From the NCBI GenBank assembly GCA_977016875.1, contig CDRNST010000060.1, positions 4,030,001 to 4,094,000 of the forward strand: 64,000 bases of DNA, in the 5' to 3' direction. Below the pieces are notes generated by a model. It worked only from the letters and a program-made list of their open reading frames with translations. It did not search any database and was not told the DNA's origin. Source of the DNA: Pavona decussata. Lineage: Eukaryota. Position 1 is the first letter of the stretch, and each line of letters begins with the position of its first letter. This document shows positions 19,301 through 32,309 of this stretch, piece after piece. The translations under genes and the position numbers were made by a program.

Positions 19301-19887
19301 ATGTCACGATAAGGTAAAGCGCGGCATTATAAAAGGCAATTGGTGAATTATCTAAACAGCAAATTTCTTTTTCCTCTTATAGACACTAAACCAGCCACAA
19401 TTTGGACGAAAAACCAACAACAAAAAACATTCGGTTTATTTATTCTAATGGTCAGCCTTCCAAGGTAGATAAACCCTACCTTTAGGTTTGAGCGATTCTT
19501 CCAGTAGGCCCATTATAATACTGCTGTCCTGGATTACGTAGTATTGGAACTTGCGAGATGTCTGTTGTATAAGGAAAACGAAAAATGATTTAGTCGACTC
19601 ATTGACCTACAACGAACTTATCAAAACCTTGCCTTTAATGGGATTTTCTTCTGTTTTACGTTTGACTGTCGTCAACACGTTTTCCCGCGCTTGCTGCCAG
19701 GTAGCAGAGTTCGGATTGGTTCATAGATTACTTTAAGGACAGTGCCTATTTTTGTTACTGCGCATACGTTCTGCGCATATCGAGATACTCGGGTTTCCTA
19801 TGGGTGGTGCCTAATAATACAGGGATATTTTTGCACGCTTTAAAACTATGCAGAGAAAGCAGAACTTAGCAAGTGATTTTGGTATCG

Positions 19888-19919
<32 letters not shown>

Positions 19920-20024
19920 CAGAGATAATAAAGCTTCAATTTGGAAAAAAGTGCCATACATTGCTTTGTATTTTGCTGCTTTTTAGAATAATTGTTGCTT
20001 AGCTATCTCTAAAAAATGCGTGGT

Positions 20025-20055
<31 letters not shown>

Positions 20056-23000
20056 CCGCTACTAAGATCTGTGATAAACTGCGCAAAAATATTTCGCTTT
20101 TTGTAGGCACCGTCCCTAAATCACGCTGCTGATGATGTTCGGTTGGTTTCTTCTTAGGATACAATAGAAAAGTTTGAGGTGGTGAAACTTTTTTAGTAAA
20201 TCGTACAATCGTTTAGTAAACTCAGACTCACAAAAAACTTACTGATCAGCTTTGAGATGTCATTCAGTAAAAGTCTTATCTTTAACTTCTTTTATTTTAT
20301 TTTACGTTTAACCGACATCAAGCGCGGAAAAAAGTGTAACCGGTACCAACCGGTTACACTGGTAAACGTGTAACCGGGGAAACGTGTAAGTGATGGTAAA
20401 CACAAGCAAACATAAAACTACTGCAAAAGGCGGGAAAAAACATGTTAAGCTGAGACCCCCATTTGGTTCACCCTTGACTGTTTAAAACACTATATATCTA
20501 GAATAAACCCTTCATCGTGGAGTTAAAGTCAATAGAAAGTTCACTTCAAGTTTTAATTTAATTTTTTTCTCAGTTTTACTATGTTTGATTGACCTTCGCT
20601 GAGCCGTCAGCGGGGTGCACGTGATCTAGAACCCAGTCCTCGTCCAGAAGTGAAGATAACGCGGCTGGGCCACATGGTGAAGGAAAAGCTCCCTGTTGAA
20701 AAAAAAACAAACAAACAAACAAACAAACGATCAGCTGACTGAGCTAAAACATACACTAGGCAAGTCCGTTAGATCAGTATAAAAACGCGTTACCAGTGTC
20801 TTGGTATCTCTCAAACTATTTGTATTCATCGGCTTGTTTTTATCTCTTGAGTGTTTTTGGAGTAAAAGCTTAATTCTGGAGGAGAGTAAATCTGTCTTCA
20901 GTGAAAGATCTATGACATACCAAGTGCTCCATTATAACAGTCAAGAGCCCTTCAGCTGCCTCTCGTACTCTGAATGAAACAGGTTTTAATTCCTTGTCAC
21001 CTGAAATTATACACAGTACATCAAGATAGTTACAAAGACTTGACTGATCATGAAAGAAATGTAACTACGTTACTATCCAAATTATGTCAAGAGTAAACAA
21101 GAAATCTCGCGTTCTCTTTGAATATACCACCTCAAAACGTACGGCTTTTGTCGGCTTTCACCATTCTTCAGCATTAAAGAAATAAATCATTAATTTGTTC
21201 AGATTGGACTAAGGTTTGAAGACAGAGGCAGTGGTTGCAAAGGTCTTAGCACAAGGACAAGAGAGGCACCCAAACGCGCCAGACATTTTTCACATGCGCT
21301 TCTATGTTTTTCTCTCTGTTCTTCTATCTCAAGCAAACACTAGTAACCTGTCACATGACTGTGGTACCTTTTAATCGGGGGACAGTGTCTGTTCCTTGCT
21401 GAGGATCCTGAAGGATAGAAACAATAACAAAAGTCATACTGCAGCACAGCAACATTTGCATCCAAGTTGGTGCAAAGGTTCATTTCTGCCGTTTAGTTTG
21501 GACTATTTTGAACGAAAGTACGTGTAAATTATCAAAATCCAAGTTTGACTTCCAGGGGCTCCTACGTTGAGATGCATCCTATGTATTTTTTCTTAAAAAT
21601 AACACATTGTTAGATTAACAATAGGCTATTGTAAAAGACCAATACTTTGGAAACATCTTACATTAGGAAGTCTTCGTGAATCCACCCCCAGGATACCGGC
21701 TCATCTGCACTTGAGCTTAGGAGTCAATGGGTAAAAACCTGTTCATTGAATAGTGTTTCTCATGAAAGTAGTATTCAACTTAATTAGGATTTCATGTTGT
21801 TGCTTTCATGAAAGTGTTATTTATTACAAATGATCATGTTGCAGTTAACTTACTCTTGGAATTTCCTTGGACTTGCTTCCTGAAATTCCCAACTCTACCA
21901 CCTCCATAACAACATGCAAGCAGCCCTAGAAATATGACCCAACAGATGTGCTCAAACACTTTAATAAAATAAACTTTGAAAGCTACTGACGATATATTGA
22001 GAAAATAGGCTTTCCATTAAATTTAGGAATACTGTATGTCTCGTGGTTTAAATTGTTTTGGTTTAAAATTTTTCCAAACCAATTTATTTTTCATTTTCCT
22101 TTGCGCAGTATTCATTACCATAACCTGAGACAAAGGGAAATAAAAACCAAACTGATTTTAAAAATTTTAAACAAAAAAAAAATTTGAATCACAACATATG
22201 CATGGTAATTTCTGTTGCAATCTGGATCAATATGATAAAAAAATTTCTTCTAGAAGATACCAATAACCCAAGTTTCTGAGAGCAAAACTTAAATTCCTTT
22301 TTATAGGTAAAGATGTTGTGGATCTGGTTCCTTGTACATGTCTATCTCTGTCACGCTAATTCATTAAAGGAACATTTTTGTATTTCCTTCGGTGGGCCCC
22401 TTGCACACTCTATCCAACTGGACCTCTTCAGTATCTCCTTTGACTATTTAACTGTTTTGTGTTCAATTACATTGCCAAAAAATTTGAAATGAAAATACCT
22501 GGCTGTCCAGAAGCCATGGGTGTAACATTATCCATGACTGAATACAGCTGATTGCGGCAACAATCATGGAATGCAGATCACGCGAATGATGAGTGGCTTT
22601 CTTGTTGGCTTGGTATGTTACATAATCGCACAGCCAATGAATTGTACTCTTACATTCAGCTTGGTCTGAAAAATCAAAATGCGATAATAAGTTATAGCGC
22701 ACATGCTTATGAGGTCTAATCCCAAGGGGTGTGCGGTAGAGGTCTAGCCAGGGAGAGGGGGAGACTTGTAAATCTGTTTTTCACAAGAGAAAATAAAACT
22801 AACCCAGATGATCTGTGCTAAGCTGAGCAAGACCAGACAGCAACTCAAACGCTGCAAGAGTAATATGAATGTCTGATTTCCATCGACTGCTTCTGATGAC
22901 AACAAGCTTGTTACACAAGAGATGTGTCAGTTGAACAAACAGTCCGCGAATAGTTGATAGGTCTGAAACAAAAAACAGAGACTGGCCATGACAAGCACAT

Positions 23001-26000
23001 CTTCAAACTTTCCTAAATACTCTGTTACACCATGAACTGAACTTAACATGTAATGGGATGTAATGGGTCATGAAACACTGTTTACAAATACAGCAATAGC
23101 CAATGATACTTATGGACACTTGAGAAACTCTAGAAAATCGGATGGTTAACTTGGCCTCCATCCTCAATCATTACCTCAAGATTATTCAAAATAAATTAAA
23201 TTTTTACTATTCAAGAATGTACTTATAACAAGCTAATTACCATGAGGAAATAAAGGTGGTTGTTGTCGTTGTTGTAGAGGTGCTAATAATATTCAAAGGG
23301 TATCAATACATTGAAACTAAAATGAAAATGATACAGTTCTAACAACTACAAAGGAGACACGAGTGCGACAATTTAAAAGGAGTTTTGTTTTTGTTGTTGT
23401 TGCTGGTTACTGCTTTTAGAAAACAAAGAGTCACGTTTTATCAAAAATGTTGCTTTTCATTAATTTTTTAATAAGCATCGTGCACCTCCCAATAAAAACC
23501 ACCCTCTTGAAAGTGTCACATCAAAAATTAAAAATATATATGGAGCCATGAGCCACTTTTCAATCACTGCACCTTACATGTACAATAACATGTAGACTCT
23601 GAACTTCAAAACCCAACAAACGAATGGCATGTTTTACTGCTGTCAATCAGAATTAAGGTGACAATCAGCCGACTACAAAAATGAAGCAACCAACAAAGTG
23701 GATCCAAATCCACCAATCACAGTGAAAGAACATGGCCTGGTGACCCCATTGAGTCAAATGACTTTGTTTTCTAAGAGGTTCGCTACACTGAATAAGGGCA
23801 GTGAAAAACGTGCCGGTTGCTCGACTCTTTCAGAGTCCACATGTTATTGAAGGGTGCAGTAAATATGCTTCCATCAATACATCACAAACCATAAGACTGA
23901 AAAGGCTGTTGATTGAATCCAAGTTGACCAACACTGTCCACTTCAGTGCCAGTACTTCCTGTTTCAGATATTGTGCTGCTTCCCGTGCTCGCACGACGGC
24001 GATGATCCTGAGGAGCCTGCAGGCGATCAGCCACCCTTACAGAGGTGTCAACTTGCTTAGGAGAAGAGATCCCTAGTGACTCGGCAATCTCACTGTCTTG
24101 AATCAGTAGAGATACACCTACAAAGAAAATAAAAAAATGTACAGTTCAAAATTTATACTGTCAAATACAGCACTTGTGTTTTGTTTGTTCATTGTTTTTT
24201 AAACTAAACAATTTGCAAACTACATGCATCCTTGGAGAAAAAGCATAAAAAGCATTTTTTCAGTCTAGATGGGGTGCATTCACAGCAGTTTTCAAAATAA
24301 TTGATGGACACAGTGGAAAAACAGCAAGCATAAGCCTCAAAATTTCTCCAAATGAGCTCTCATCTGGTAGGGACTGGTTAATATTTAGGATTTTTATCCT
24401 CATTGTTCAGACTACATGCTGTTCCCTCGGGGATCTGCTGTGGTACCAATTGGCTGCTGTTTTTACTTGTGTACAGGTGTACCAGTGTGGGTTGGGATCA
24501 CCAAACTAAATTTTGTCCCAGAGCAGATTGTGTCAGTCTTATTAGCATGTTCTGAAACTGTTGAGGTCTGAGTTAAGAGCAAGCTGTATCTCTGTTTCGT
24601 GAGATGAGGTTCATTGCTCTTGAGCTGCAAAGCAGAGCACAAAGCCTGAGCTTCACTTTGTTTATATGTAGCACAATTCCCATCTGCTCCAGAGATGGGT
24701 TAATGCCAGTCCACCATGAAGTTACCCAGACCTAGTACTAGTATATGAGAGAAGGGTACTGTCTATTGGTGAGAAATCTCATAACAAACCTCCCAGCAGG
24801 ATCTGAACATTGAACGAGTCGGCTTCACACTGCAGAGCCTCTAACAGAAGCCTAATGAGTCTGGGTTTCAAAGACAGGAATGTCAAAGTCTTCTCTTCAC
24901 CACTGTCCTGTTCACCTGAATGCTTCTTCCTCCATCCTGCTGTCATGTCTAAAATATAATATATAAAAAAGCATGTGTGAGATAAAATACAATCAATGAT
25001 TATGAATAATTATACGAGACATATATTTTAAACTGTGGATGAAAGATCAAGGATCTTTCTTCTATTTGATCTTTCATCCGCAGTTCAAAATATATGTTTC
25101 ATTAATTCATAATCATTGATTCACCCTTCACGGGTATTTTACAAACTCACAATTTATGACCAGCTCCCAGTTGGCTTGATAGCTCAGTTAAAGCACAGCA
25201 CTGGCATCGTAGAGGTCATGAGTTTGAATCCCATTCAAGCCTGAATTTTTTTCAGGCTTTCTTTTCACAACTGCTTAAGTTGCTTACTAACTGCGAGGAT
25301 CTTTCTTCTATTTGAAAATACAATCAACATCTTGCTCCTAAGGACTTGATTTTACAGCAGCTTACCTTTTATAGCCAGATCCTTAAAGTGCAGTGGTAAG
25401 CAAAGCATGGATAACAGAAGGTGAATAGCTGCCCTCCGAAGCTCAGTAGAGGAAACATTACACCTAGGGGTACAAAGAGAAACACAAAAACAATTCTAAC
25501 ATTTACATGACAAAAGTTATAATAAACTATTTCTTGCCAAAAATAAGAAATACTGACACTACCTCCAATAACCTCTTACAACATGTTGCAATACTAGCAT
25601 TTGCACAGGCAATAACAGCATTTTCTTGTTTCACCTTGAGTTCAAGAATTTTTCTGTATTTCCACTGAATATAAAATGGTTTTTTTTTTTTTTTTTGGAG
25701 AATCATGACAATTGCATAAAGTGTCCATACCCCTCTGGAAATTTATACATTCTTGTCAAAATTTTGGCTATTTTCTTGCTTCGAAAATTAAATCAACTAA
25801 TTACTCAGCTCTTGTTCACATTATTGCATTACACATATTCATTCAAAATACTTTTTTTAGGGGAGGGTTTGTTTTTAGGGAGGACTTGTCACTTGAAAGA
25901 GTTTCACATTTCGTAATGATTGGACTTGAAACGCTAACAGCTTTAAACAGCTAACCATAATAAAGTATATATTTAGGAAGAAATTAAGTACCTGAGATTA

Positions 26001-29000
26001 AAAATGAATGAATAATAATAATTAAAATCAATAATATTTTTCAAGGATAACCCCATCAGTGTTAAAAAAAAATACTGGTATCAAAGGGGGTCTTGTTCCT
26101 AAAAGGTACAGTATTTAAAATGGGGCAGAGGGCTTATATCTGGAAGAGGAGGAGGGAATTCTGTTCAGAATCTTCAGGTATATGAAAGCCACCCAAAAGA
26201 TGCAACCACTTTTCCATGCAATTGAAAGGCAGATTTAAAGTTGAATGGTAATAATTCACTCATGATCAGTGCAAGTTAATAAAGAAATTACAAGTACAGG
26301 TACCTTATTTGAACTTCTGTTCTTGGTAACACTGTCTCTAGAGCAGTGATCAAGTGTGGTAATAATACTTGTACTCCTTGGAGATCTACTCTCAGCAGGT
26401 CAGCTGAGTTGAGCAGGATACTGCAGAGAACATGGCCTGTGCATGACTAAAAGAAAGCACCAAGATTAACAGAACACTTACCAGACCTATGGAACATTTC
26501 GTTATTATAAAGGGTAATAACAGGGGGTGAGATCTTTTCACTTACTATATGCCAATCCCTGCTTCCCACTTCCTGCTTTCCACTTCCCATTTTTTCACCT
26601 CAATTTGCCACCTCCCACCTCACTTCTCAAATGTCACAGTTCTACTTCACACATCAAATTTTACCCCTCCACATTTTTTAACACACCTCCTAATTTCCAC
26701 TTCCCATTGCCTCATTCCAATAATTGGTAAATTATTTACCACTTCACATTTCCCACTTCATGTTTACCCAAGCACTTCCCACCTTCTAGGTCACAGATCC
26801 TCTTCACCACTACAGTAGAACCCCGGTAACTCGAACTCTGAAGGGAAACGAAAAACTGTTTGAGTTAGCGGGGTTTCAAGTTATCGGGGTCAATTAAAAT
26901 ATTCAATTTTCCAGGTTAATAATTAATAGTTCATTGATTTTTAGCACTTTGGTATACGGTGCAGTGCAAATTAAACTTATTTCACGAGAAACTAATACAT
27001 TTTGTGACAATTGTAACAATTATGCATTCTTCTGACAATGCAATACTGTGAATGTAACTTAGTTTATTTAAAAACTCAATTTATGTTCCCTTTTGCATCG
27101 TCCAGTCTATGTTCTAGTGTTAGAATTCGATCACACGATAAAAAAATAGGCAGTCTCAGACTGCATGTGTCTACTGCAGCACTGGTGTAGAAATGTGATA
27201 TAAAAGAATTGAAGAAAATAAAGCACTGAAAGCAAAGTTCTAATCTGAAACGTAGGCATAAAATGCAACAGAAACTATTAATTAATCTATACTTGTTCGG
27301 CCAATATTGGAATACGCGGTACCTGTCTGGTGTCCTTACCTTGTTAAGGACATCCATGCCCTCGAGAATGTACAGCGAAGAGCATCAAGACTTGCTTTAA
27401 ACCAACGCAAAGGACAAATGTCCTATGAAGACCGATGCAAATTACTAAAATGGCCTACTCTTTCCAACCGTAGAACTTATTTATCTTTAATTGAATGTTA
27501 TAAGATAGTTTTTGGATTTTATCATTTAAAATTTGAAGACTTTTATGATTTCGCCACAACTCGGTCTACAAGGGCAAATCATCAATACAAGCTCTATGTG
27601 AAACCAGCACGACTTAACTGTTATAAACATTCTTTTTTCGTTAGAACTGTGAAACTCTGGAATAAACTACCTGGCGATATAGTGGAAGCTGATAGCTTTA
27701 AGCATTTTAAATCTAAGCTCAAAATGTATTTGAATATTTGACTCTAAAGATCTCGATTTATGTATACTTATTTTTGTTTTTCTTTCATTTGAGGGAGTTT
27801 TCGCATAGGGCTAACCTCCAAACTTCCTTTTCTAGAAGTACTTTTCCTCTTAGTTTTATCTGTATATATAGTCTGCTTCTGGAATAAATAAAGTATGTAT
27901 GTATGTATGTATGTATGTATGTATGTATACTGAACTTATGAATAGCAAGTATCATTCTTTGACTCCTGTCGTGTTTCCATAGTTTTCGCATAAATTAACT
28001 TTTTCCTAGAGCGGTTAAAAACAAATGTTTTCTGACGTGAAATAATATGGTTACCTATTAATCATTTGCCGAAAAACACACTTGAACGCAAAAATTGCTA
28101 AAATTCACGGCGTGTTGATGAAGACCTTTGGCATATCAAATTTCAACCCGCTTATGCAAATTGTCCTTGATTGCGCATCTAGCATCTGTCGCTTCTCAAA
28201 CGCATATGTGAATTGACAAAGACACAAAAATCAACAAAAAGCTTTTCCAACAAAACATTTTATTGAAATAAACGATGCATTTGTTATTAGAGGCAAAAAA
28301 CTTTCAGTTTTTTTTTTGCGTGCGTGCAAACACGCATGTAAAATTTGAAGACACTCCGTGTTTGTTCAAAGCGATCACTCGCAGTAAATTCGGGTACGTT
28401 TGCGATGAAAATTACAGAAGTTACAGAATTCTGGTTCAAATCATCACTTACAGTCAACCCAGGTCACGCGTGAACGATATTTTTTAAATTTGAACGGAGT
28501 TTTGAAATTTACATGTCAGTTTTGAAAATCGCAAACGAGATTTCAGAGTTCCCATATAAATTTCCCTAGCTTATTGACGGTATAAAGCTATGAATTTTTT
28601 TTACATTGCAAAATTGAATATTTCAAGAATAACAATTGTTTCCTAAGTATTTTGAATCTTTTTTTCAGTTAATGCGTCTTTTTCAGAACGATTTCCAGCG
28701 AAATGCCCAACATTCCATTCACACGTCGGACATTACAAAGAGAACTTCGAATGTTCATTTCATTCTTGGAGATACTGTTCACGCGTGACCTGGGTTGACT
28801 GTAAACTATTAGTAAAAAGCAAATCAATATCGGAAAACATCATTTACCGTATTGTCGCCATTGTCCTGATCCGGAAATACAATCACTTAGATCTCGGTCA
28901 GTCGAGGATTAGCGTCGGCTTTCGATAGGATTCCATTTGGGATTCCTGTGGCATTTACACTCTTACACTCTTTCACTCAACCCGATGACATAGTGTCTAC

Positions 29001-31942
29001 GCTTCTCTAGAAGCCGTAGACACAAAAAACTAATGGGACATCTCAATGGGCATCCGTGGCGAGTTATAAGAACCAGAAATTCGAATTATCGGGGTAAATT
29101 TTGATCAAGGGAAACTAAATTTAGTTTGAGTTAGCAGGGTTTTCGAGTTATCCGAGTTCGAGTTAACCGAGTAAAAATGACTGAAAAGTTGGGTCAAATT
29201 CAAGGGAATTGAGACTCAGTTTGAGTTAGTGGGGTAGTTCGAGTTATCCGAGTTCGAGTTACCGGGGTTCTACTGAATTTTGCTCCTCCTCCTTCACACT
29301 TCACTTCCCATATCCCATTTACTACTTAACACTTCACACTTCTAATTCTCATTCATCACTTCACACTTTCTAGTTCAACCATATGCCATGAACTCTGGCC
29401 AGACAGTGTGCTGTCAGGCCCTCCCAATACCTTTATCACATTTTTCTTACCTCTGAATACAGTAGTCCAATAGCCAAAGCTAAATAAAACCTGGAAAGAT
29501 AGACAGGCCTGATCTCCTGCCCAGAACGATGACTACAGAAGATGCGACATAAGGCGCCATAAGCTTCAGCACGCCCTGGCTCAAACTTGCTGTCCAAGTT
29601 GTTTCCACCTAGTTGAAAGCTACAAAGTAAAGAATACAAGATAAGACTTGAGGAGGTGCCTCCTCTTGCCACTGTGCATACGATCTGCGCATCTAAAGCC
29701 TGTCGCACACTTGAGGAAAGAGCTGAGCAAACTGCCTTGCAAGGCGATTAGCTCAGCTGTTTCATCACGTGTGCGGTTGAGTTTTTGTGAGTCTTTTGCC
29801 TCGCGAGGAAAATATCTGCCGTGTTTGATATTTGAGATTTCGCCTCATGAGGCAAAAATCTCATGAAAACTAAACCACACACTTGAGGAAACAGCTGAGC
29901 TGATTGCCTCGTGTGACCTTGCGATTCCTCGCAAGGCAGTTTGCTCAGCTCTAACCCTCAAGTGTGCGGCAGGCTTAAGGATGGTCCGAAAAACTTTGAC
30001 CCTGAACAAGAAGGGAAGGGGGTAATGCAGAAGATCTTTGGCATGGGTTTCCAAATCACTTGATACATACTGACGCACAATTGTGGTCTTTGGCACAACA
30101 TGGCATAAGACAAAGGCAGTTACCTTGGCGATTGAAAACTTTTACCATTCAAATGAACTGTTATTATCCAAAATATTCAGGATTTCTCTCCAGTGTAGGA
30201 TTTAGAGTCTACACAGAGAGGCATGCGGGGAGTCTGGGGGATGAGGTTGGCATGGTAGTCCAAGCAACGTCTCCCTGACATAGGGGTTTCGGCAACCACT
30301 TGGAATAGAACTTCGAAACTCTTGGCATATCTTTAGAGTGGGATGTACACGGAATGCACCATGGCTCAAGGGGAGGCATTTATGTCACATTTTGGCAGCA
30401 GAATGGGGGAACTTATTCAAGGATTTACAGACTGTATTAATTTACGTACCTCATTTTGCCTAGTCCCATCATTTCAGGGATGGAATTTCCCAGGAATCCT
30501 TCATATATCTTTCCAAGGGCCTTAAAGTTTGCTGGCATGTCCAGCTTAGCAAATGCAGCTTCAAAAAGCCACGCTCCAAACAAATGCAGCACGCTATCCC
30601 CTGATGGTTTGTCATTGTCTGACTTTGGAGATTTTGGGAACAGCAATGAACTTGATGGAATGCTCATCAGTTCTGGATGAAAAGAGTCTAACGGAGGCAT
30701 TCCAGTAGCTGAACTTCCACTACTGTTTCTGGAAGGAACTGTTTGTGATCTTGTTACTAATCCCGTCAGATCACTCAAACCTAAGGCCACGCCAATGCTT
30801 AAAGATTTCTGGTCACGTTTTTTCACAGCTAGAGGGCTAGCACTTTTGGTCGGTGCTGGAATTGGCATATGTTTCACTGGTATATCTGCCGTGGTTGAAA
30901 CACCCAGGAATGCATTTACAAGGACTGCAACGCCTTTCATTGCTTGTAAGAAATTCTGTGGGAGGATCTTCAAGCAAGGATGTGCTTGCGGTGAGATGAC
31001 TTCTTCACTTGCCAATGCAAATTCTTTAAATTTTGGAGTGCCACTGATGAGCTCCTTCTTGCAGAGCTCAACGGGATTTCCAATGATATGAAGAATTCTG
31101 AACCAGCACTGGATAAGGCATTCATTGGCTAACTTGGCTGGCAGTTGGACATCACTTTTCCTGGTTGGTACCAGAGGTAGAGGAAAGCTGGGGCCATACA
31201 AGAACTGAACGACTCTCTTGGTGAGCGAAAGAGAGGTCCTGCTCCAATAGTCAACCATCGCATTGTGATGACGCCATGACACACAAAGCTCATGCAAAGT
31301 TTTCCACATTGAGGGTGCTGGAAAATGATGACAACAAGCATGCAACCAGACCTCAAGCAAGACACTAATCATTTTCTCACACAAGTGTTCTGCAAGTCCT
31401 CCTGTTGTATGCGGTGGTGAAAGAAGCATGTCATTTATAATCATCAAAAATTTAAGCAATGCCTCCCATGTTGGTGGGGACATTTTCACCTCTGCTGCTG
31501 TAGCTTGAATCGCTTGCAATACTCTGATACACAAGGAGGCTTGCAAAGCTAAATTACCTTCCTCTCTATGCACAAAAAGGTTACGAAAGTGTTGGAAGAT
31601 TTCTTTAGCGTATTTCTCCGGAGACTTGAGCAGCGGTTCTGGGGTCCCCTTCTTGGGATTGGCCAAGGCAGTAAGCCAGTCCAGATAAATGTTCACACAA
31701 CCTTTCACAATTTCGCCATCGCTTTCAGTCATTTGAAGAGTTAGACCATGACAAAGAACCTCCATAACCCAGTCCACCTCTCGTTCTGAATGTAGCGGCT
31801 CCTGTGTCTCCGGGTTAATGAGCGTTTTCACCACTGTGTGAGCAACATCTCTTCCCACGGAAGGAGGAAACTTGCACAGAACGCTTCTGTTATTATGGTC
31901 ACGCTGTAACGTGTGTCGCAGAGAAACCCACTCAGAATACAT
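13366..31942 (-). CDS. RALGAPB: Ral GTPase-activating protein subunit beta
   Basis: Start MYSEW...[15 protein letters not shown] matches RALGAPB; C-terminus reads [39 protein letters not shown]...FYVSLF. 23 exons: 31942-30450, 29619-29451, 26446-26304, 25463-25366, 24948-24790, 24117-23890, 22962-22804, 22665-22499, 21925-21854, 21407-21368, 21000-20921, 20692-20594, 19561-19480, 18962-18871, 18499-18372, 18141-18054, 17856-17765, 17599-17527, 17000-16824, 16739-16143, ~15308-15028, 13818-13702, 13483-13366 (TAG). Confidence 0.92.
14350..15000 (+). mobile_element. 5'-truncated LINE (CR1/L2-group) 3' end
   Basis: ORF2 C-terminal-type motif [33 protein letters not shown]...SSLKQFK, followed by a 3' UTR, AATAAA and a (TTAA)n tail. 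Confidence 0.7.
15545..16100. mobile_element. Non-autonomous element with subterminal inverted repeats and a long terminal hairpin (superfamily uncertain; HINE- or Crypton-like)
   Basis: GATTTTATTATTCCACTA (~15554) is inverted to TAGTGGAATAATAAATC (~15940). Hairpin 15952-16100 with an inner stem ending in a CCCCTTCGGGG loop. Confidence 0.5.
19737..20115. mobile_element. Kolobok-like MITE family (TTAA|GGACGGTGCCT...AGGCACCGTCC|TTAA)
   Basis: TIRs and TTAA-like flanks. Further copies at 47878-48496 and ~53085-53598; partial copies at ~58913 and ~62551. Confidence 0.7.
24997..25314 (+). mobile_element. tRNA-like-containing retro-insert with a 5' inversion, terminal redundancy and a 13-bp TSD
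   Basis: TSD AAAATACAATCAA at 24984-24996 and 25315-25327. tRNA-like segment 25173-25241 (GGCTTGATAGCTCAG...GTTTGAATCCCATTCAAGCC). 20-nt direct repeat at 25050 and 25296. Confidence 0.65.
27288..27930 (+). mobile_element. 5'-truncated LINE (CR1/L2-group) nested in the mariner-like element
   Basis: [34 protein letters not shown]...[16 protein letters not shown]; AATAAA and a (TATG)n tail. Confidence 0.85.
28451..28801. mobile_element. Tc1/mariner-type MITE, copy 1 (nested)
   Basis: TA|CAGTCAACCCAGGTCACGCGTGAAC...GTTCACGCGTGACCTGGGTTGACTG|TA with perfect TIRs. Confidence 0.85.
29697..29975. mobile_element. PIF/Harbinger-like MITE
   Basis: TAA|AGCCTGTCGCACACTTGAGG...CCTCAAGTGTGCGGCAGGCT|TAA; 3-bp TAA TSD. 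Confidence 0.75.
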
Positions 31943-32194
31943 GACAAACGGCTGCCCGAGTAGTGAAGAAAATGTAAGTTGACATAAAAGTCAAAAGCTT
32001 GTTTACAGGGTTTTTAGCTTAATCTCTGATCTTGCAGTCTGATCTAGTTAGATCAAGCAAATTGTCTTCTTTCCTCTTTGCCACTGCCGAGGAGAAATAA
32101 CTTTTGGATCAGTGTTTCAGTTCCGCACATAATAGGCACGGCTAGATTTCTCTTTACTAAAATGTAAGAGAGCTGCTTTGAGCATCCGCCACCC

Positions 32195-32210
32195 AAACGC
32201 CATTTTGGTT
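32195..32210 (-). promoter_or_regulatory. YY1-like motif near the probable RALGAPB TSS
   Basis: CCAAAATGGCG on the minus strand, ~260 bp upstream of the ATG. Confidence 0.35.
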
Positions 32211-32309
32211 TGTGGGAATGTCCGCTGAACTGGATGATCCCGGACATCGACAACTCTCACAGCATAGTCACGCAATACGCACCTGACGATTCACGCAACT
32301 CTGTATTTA

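Larger units (their letters stand above)
26813..29275. mobile_element. Tc1/mariner (pogo-like) non-autonomous element carrying nested insertions
   Basis: TA|CAGTAGAACCCCGGTAACTCGAACTC...GAGTTCGAGTTACCGGGGTTCTACTG; inserted into a CACTTC-rich low-complexity tract. Confidence 0.8.

Noticed and set aside
25173-25241. tRNA gene
   Set aside because: Degenerate D-arm and anticodon arm; embedded in a TSD-flanked repeat.
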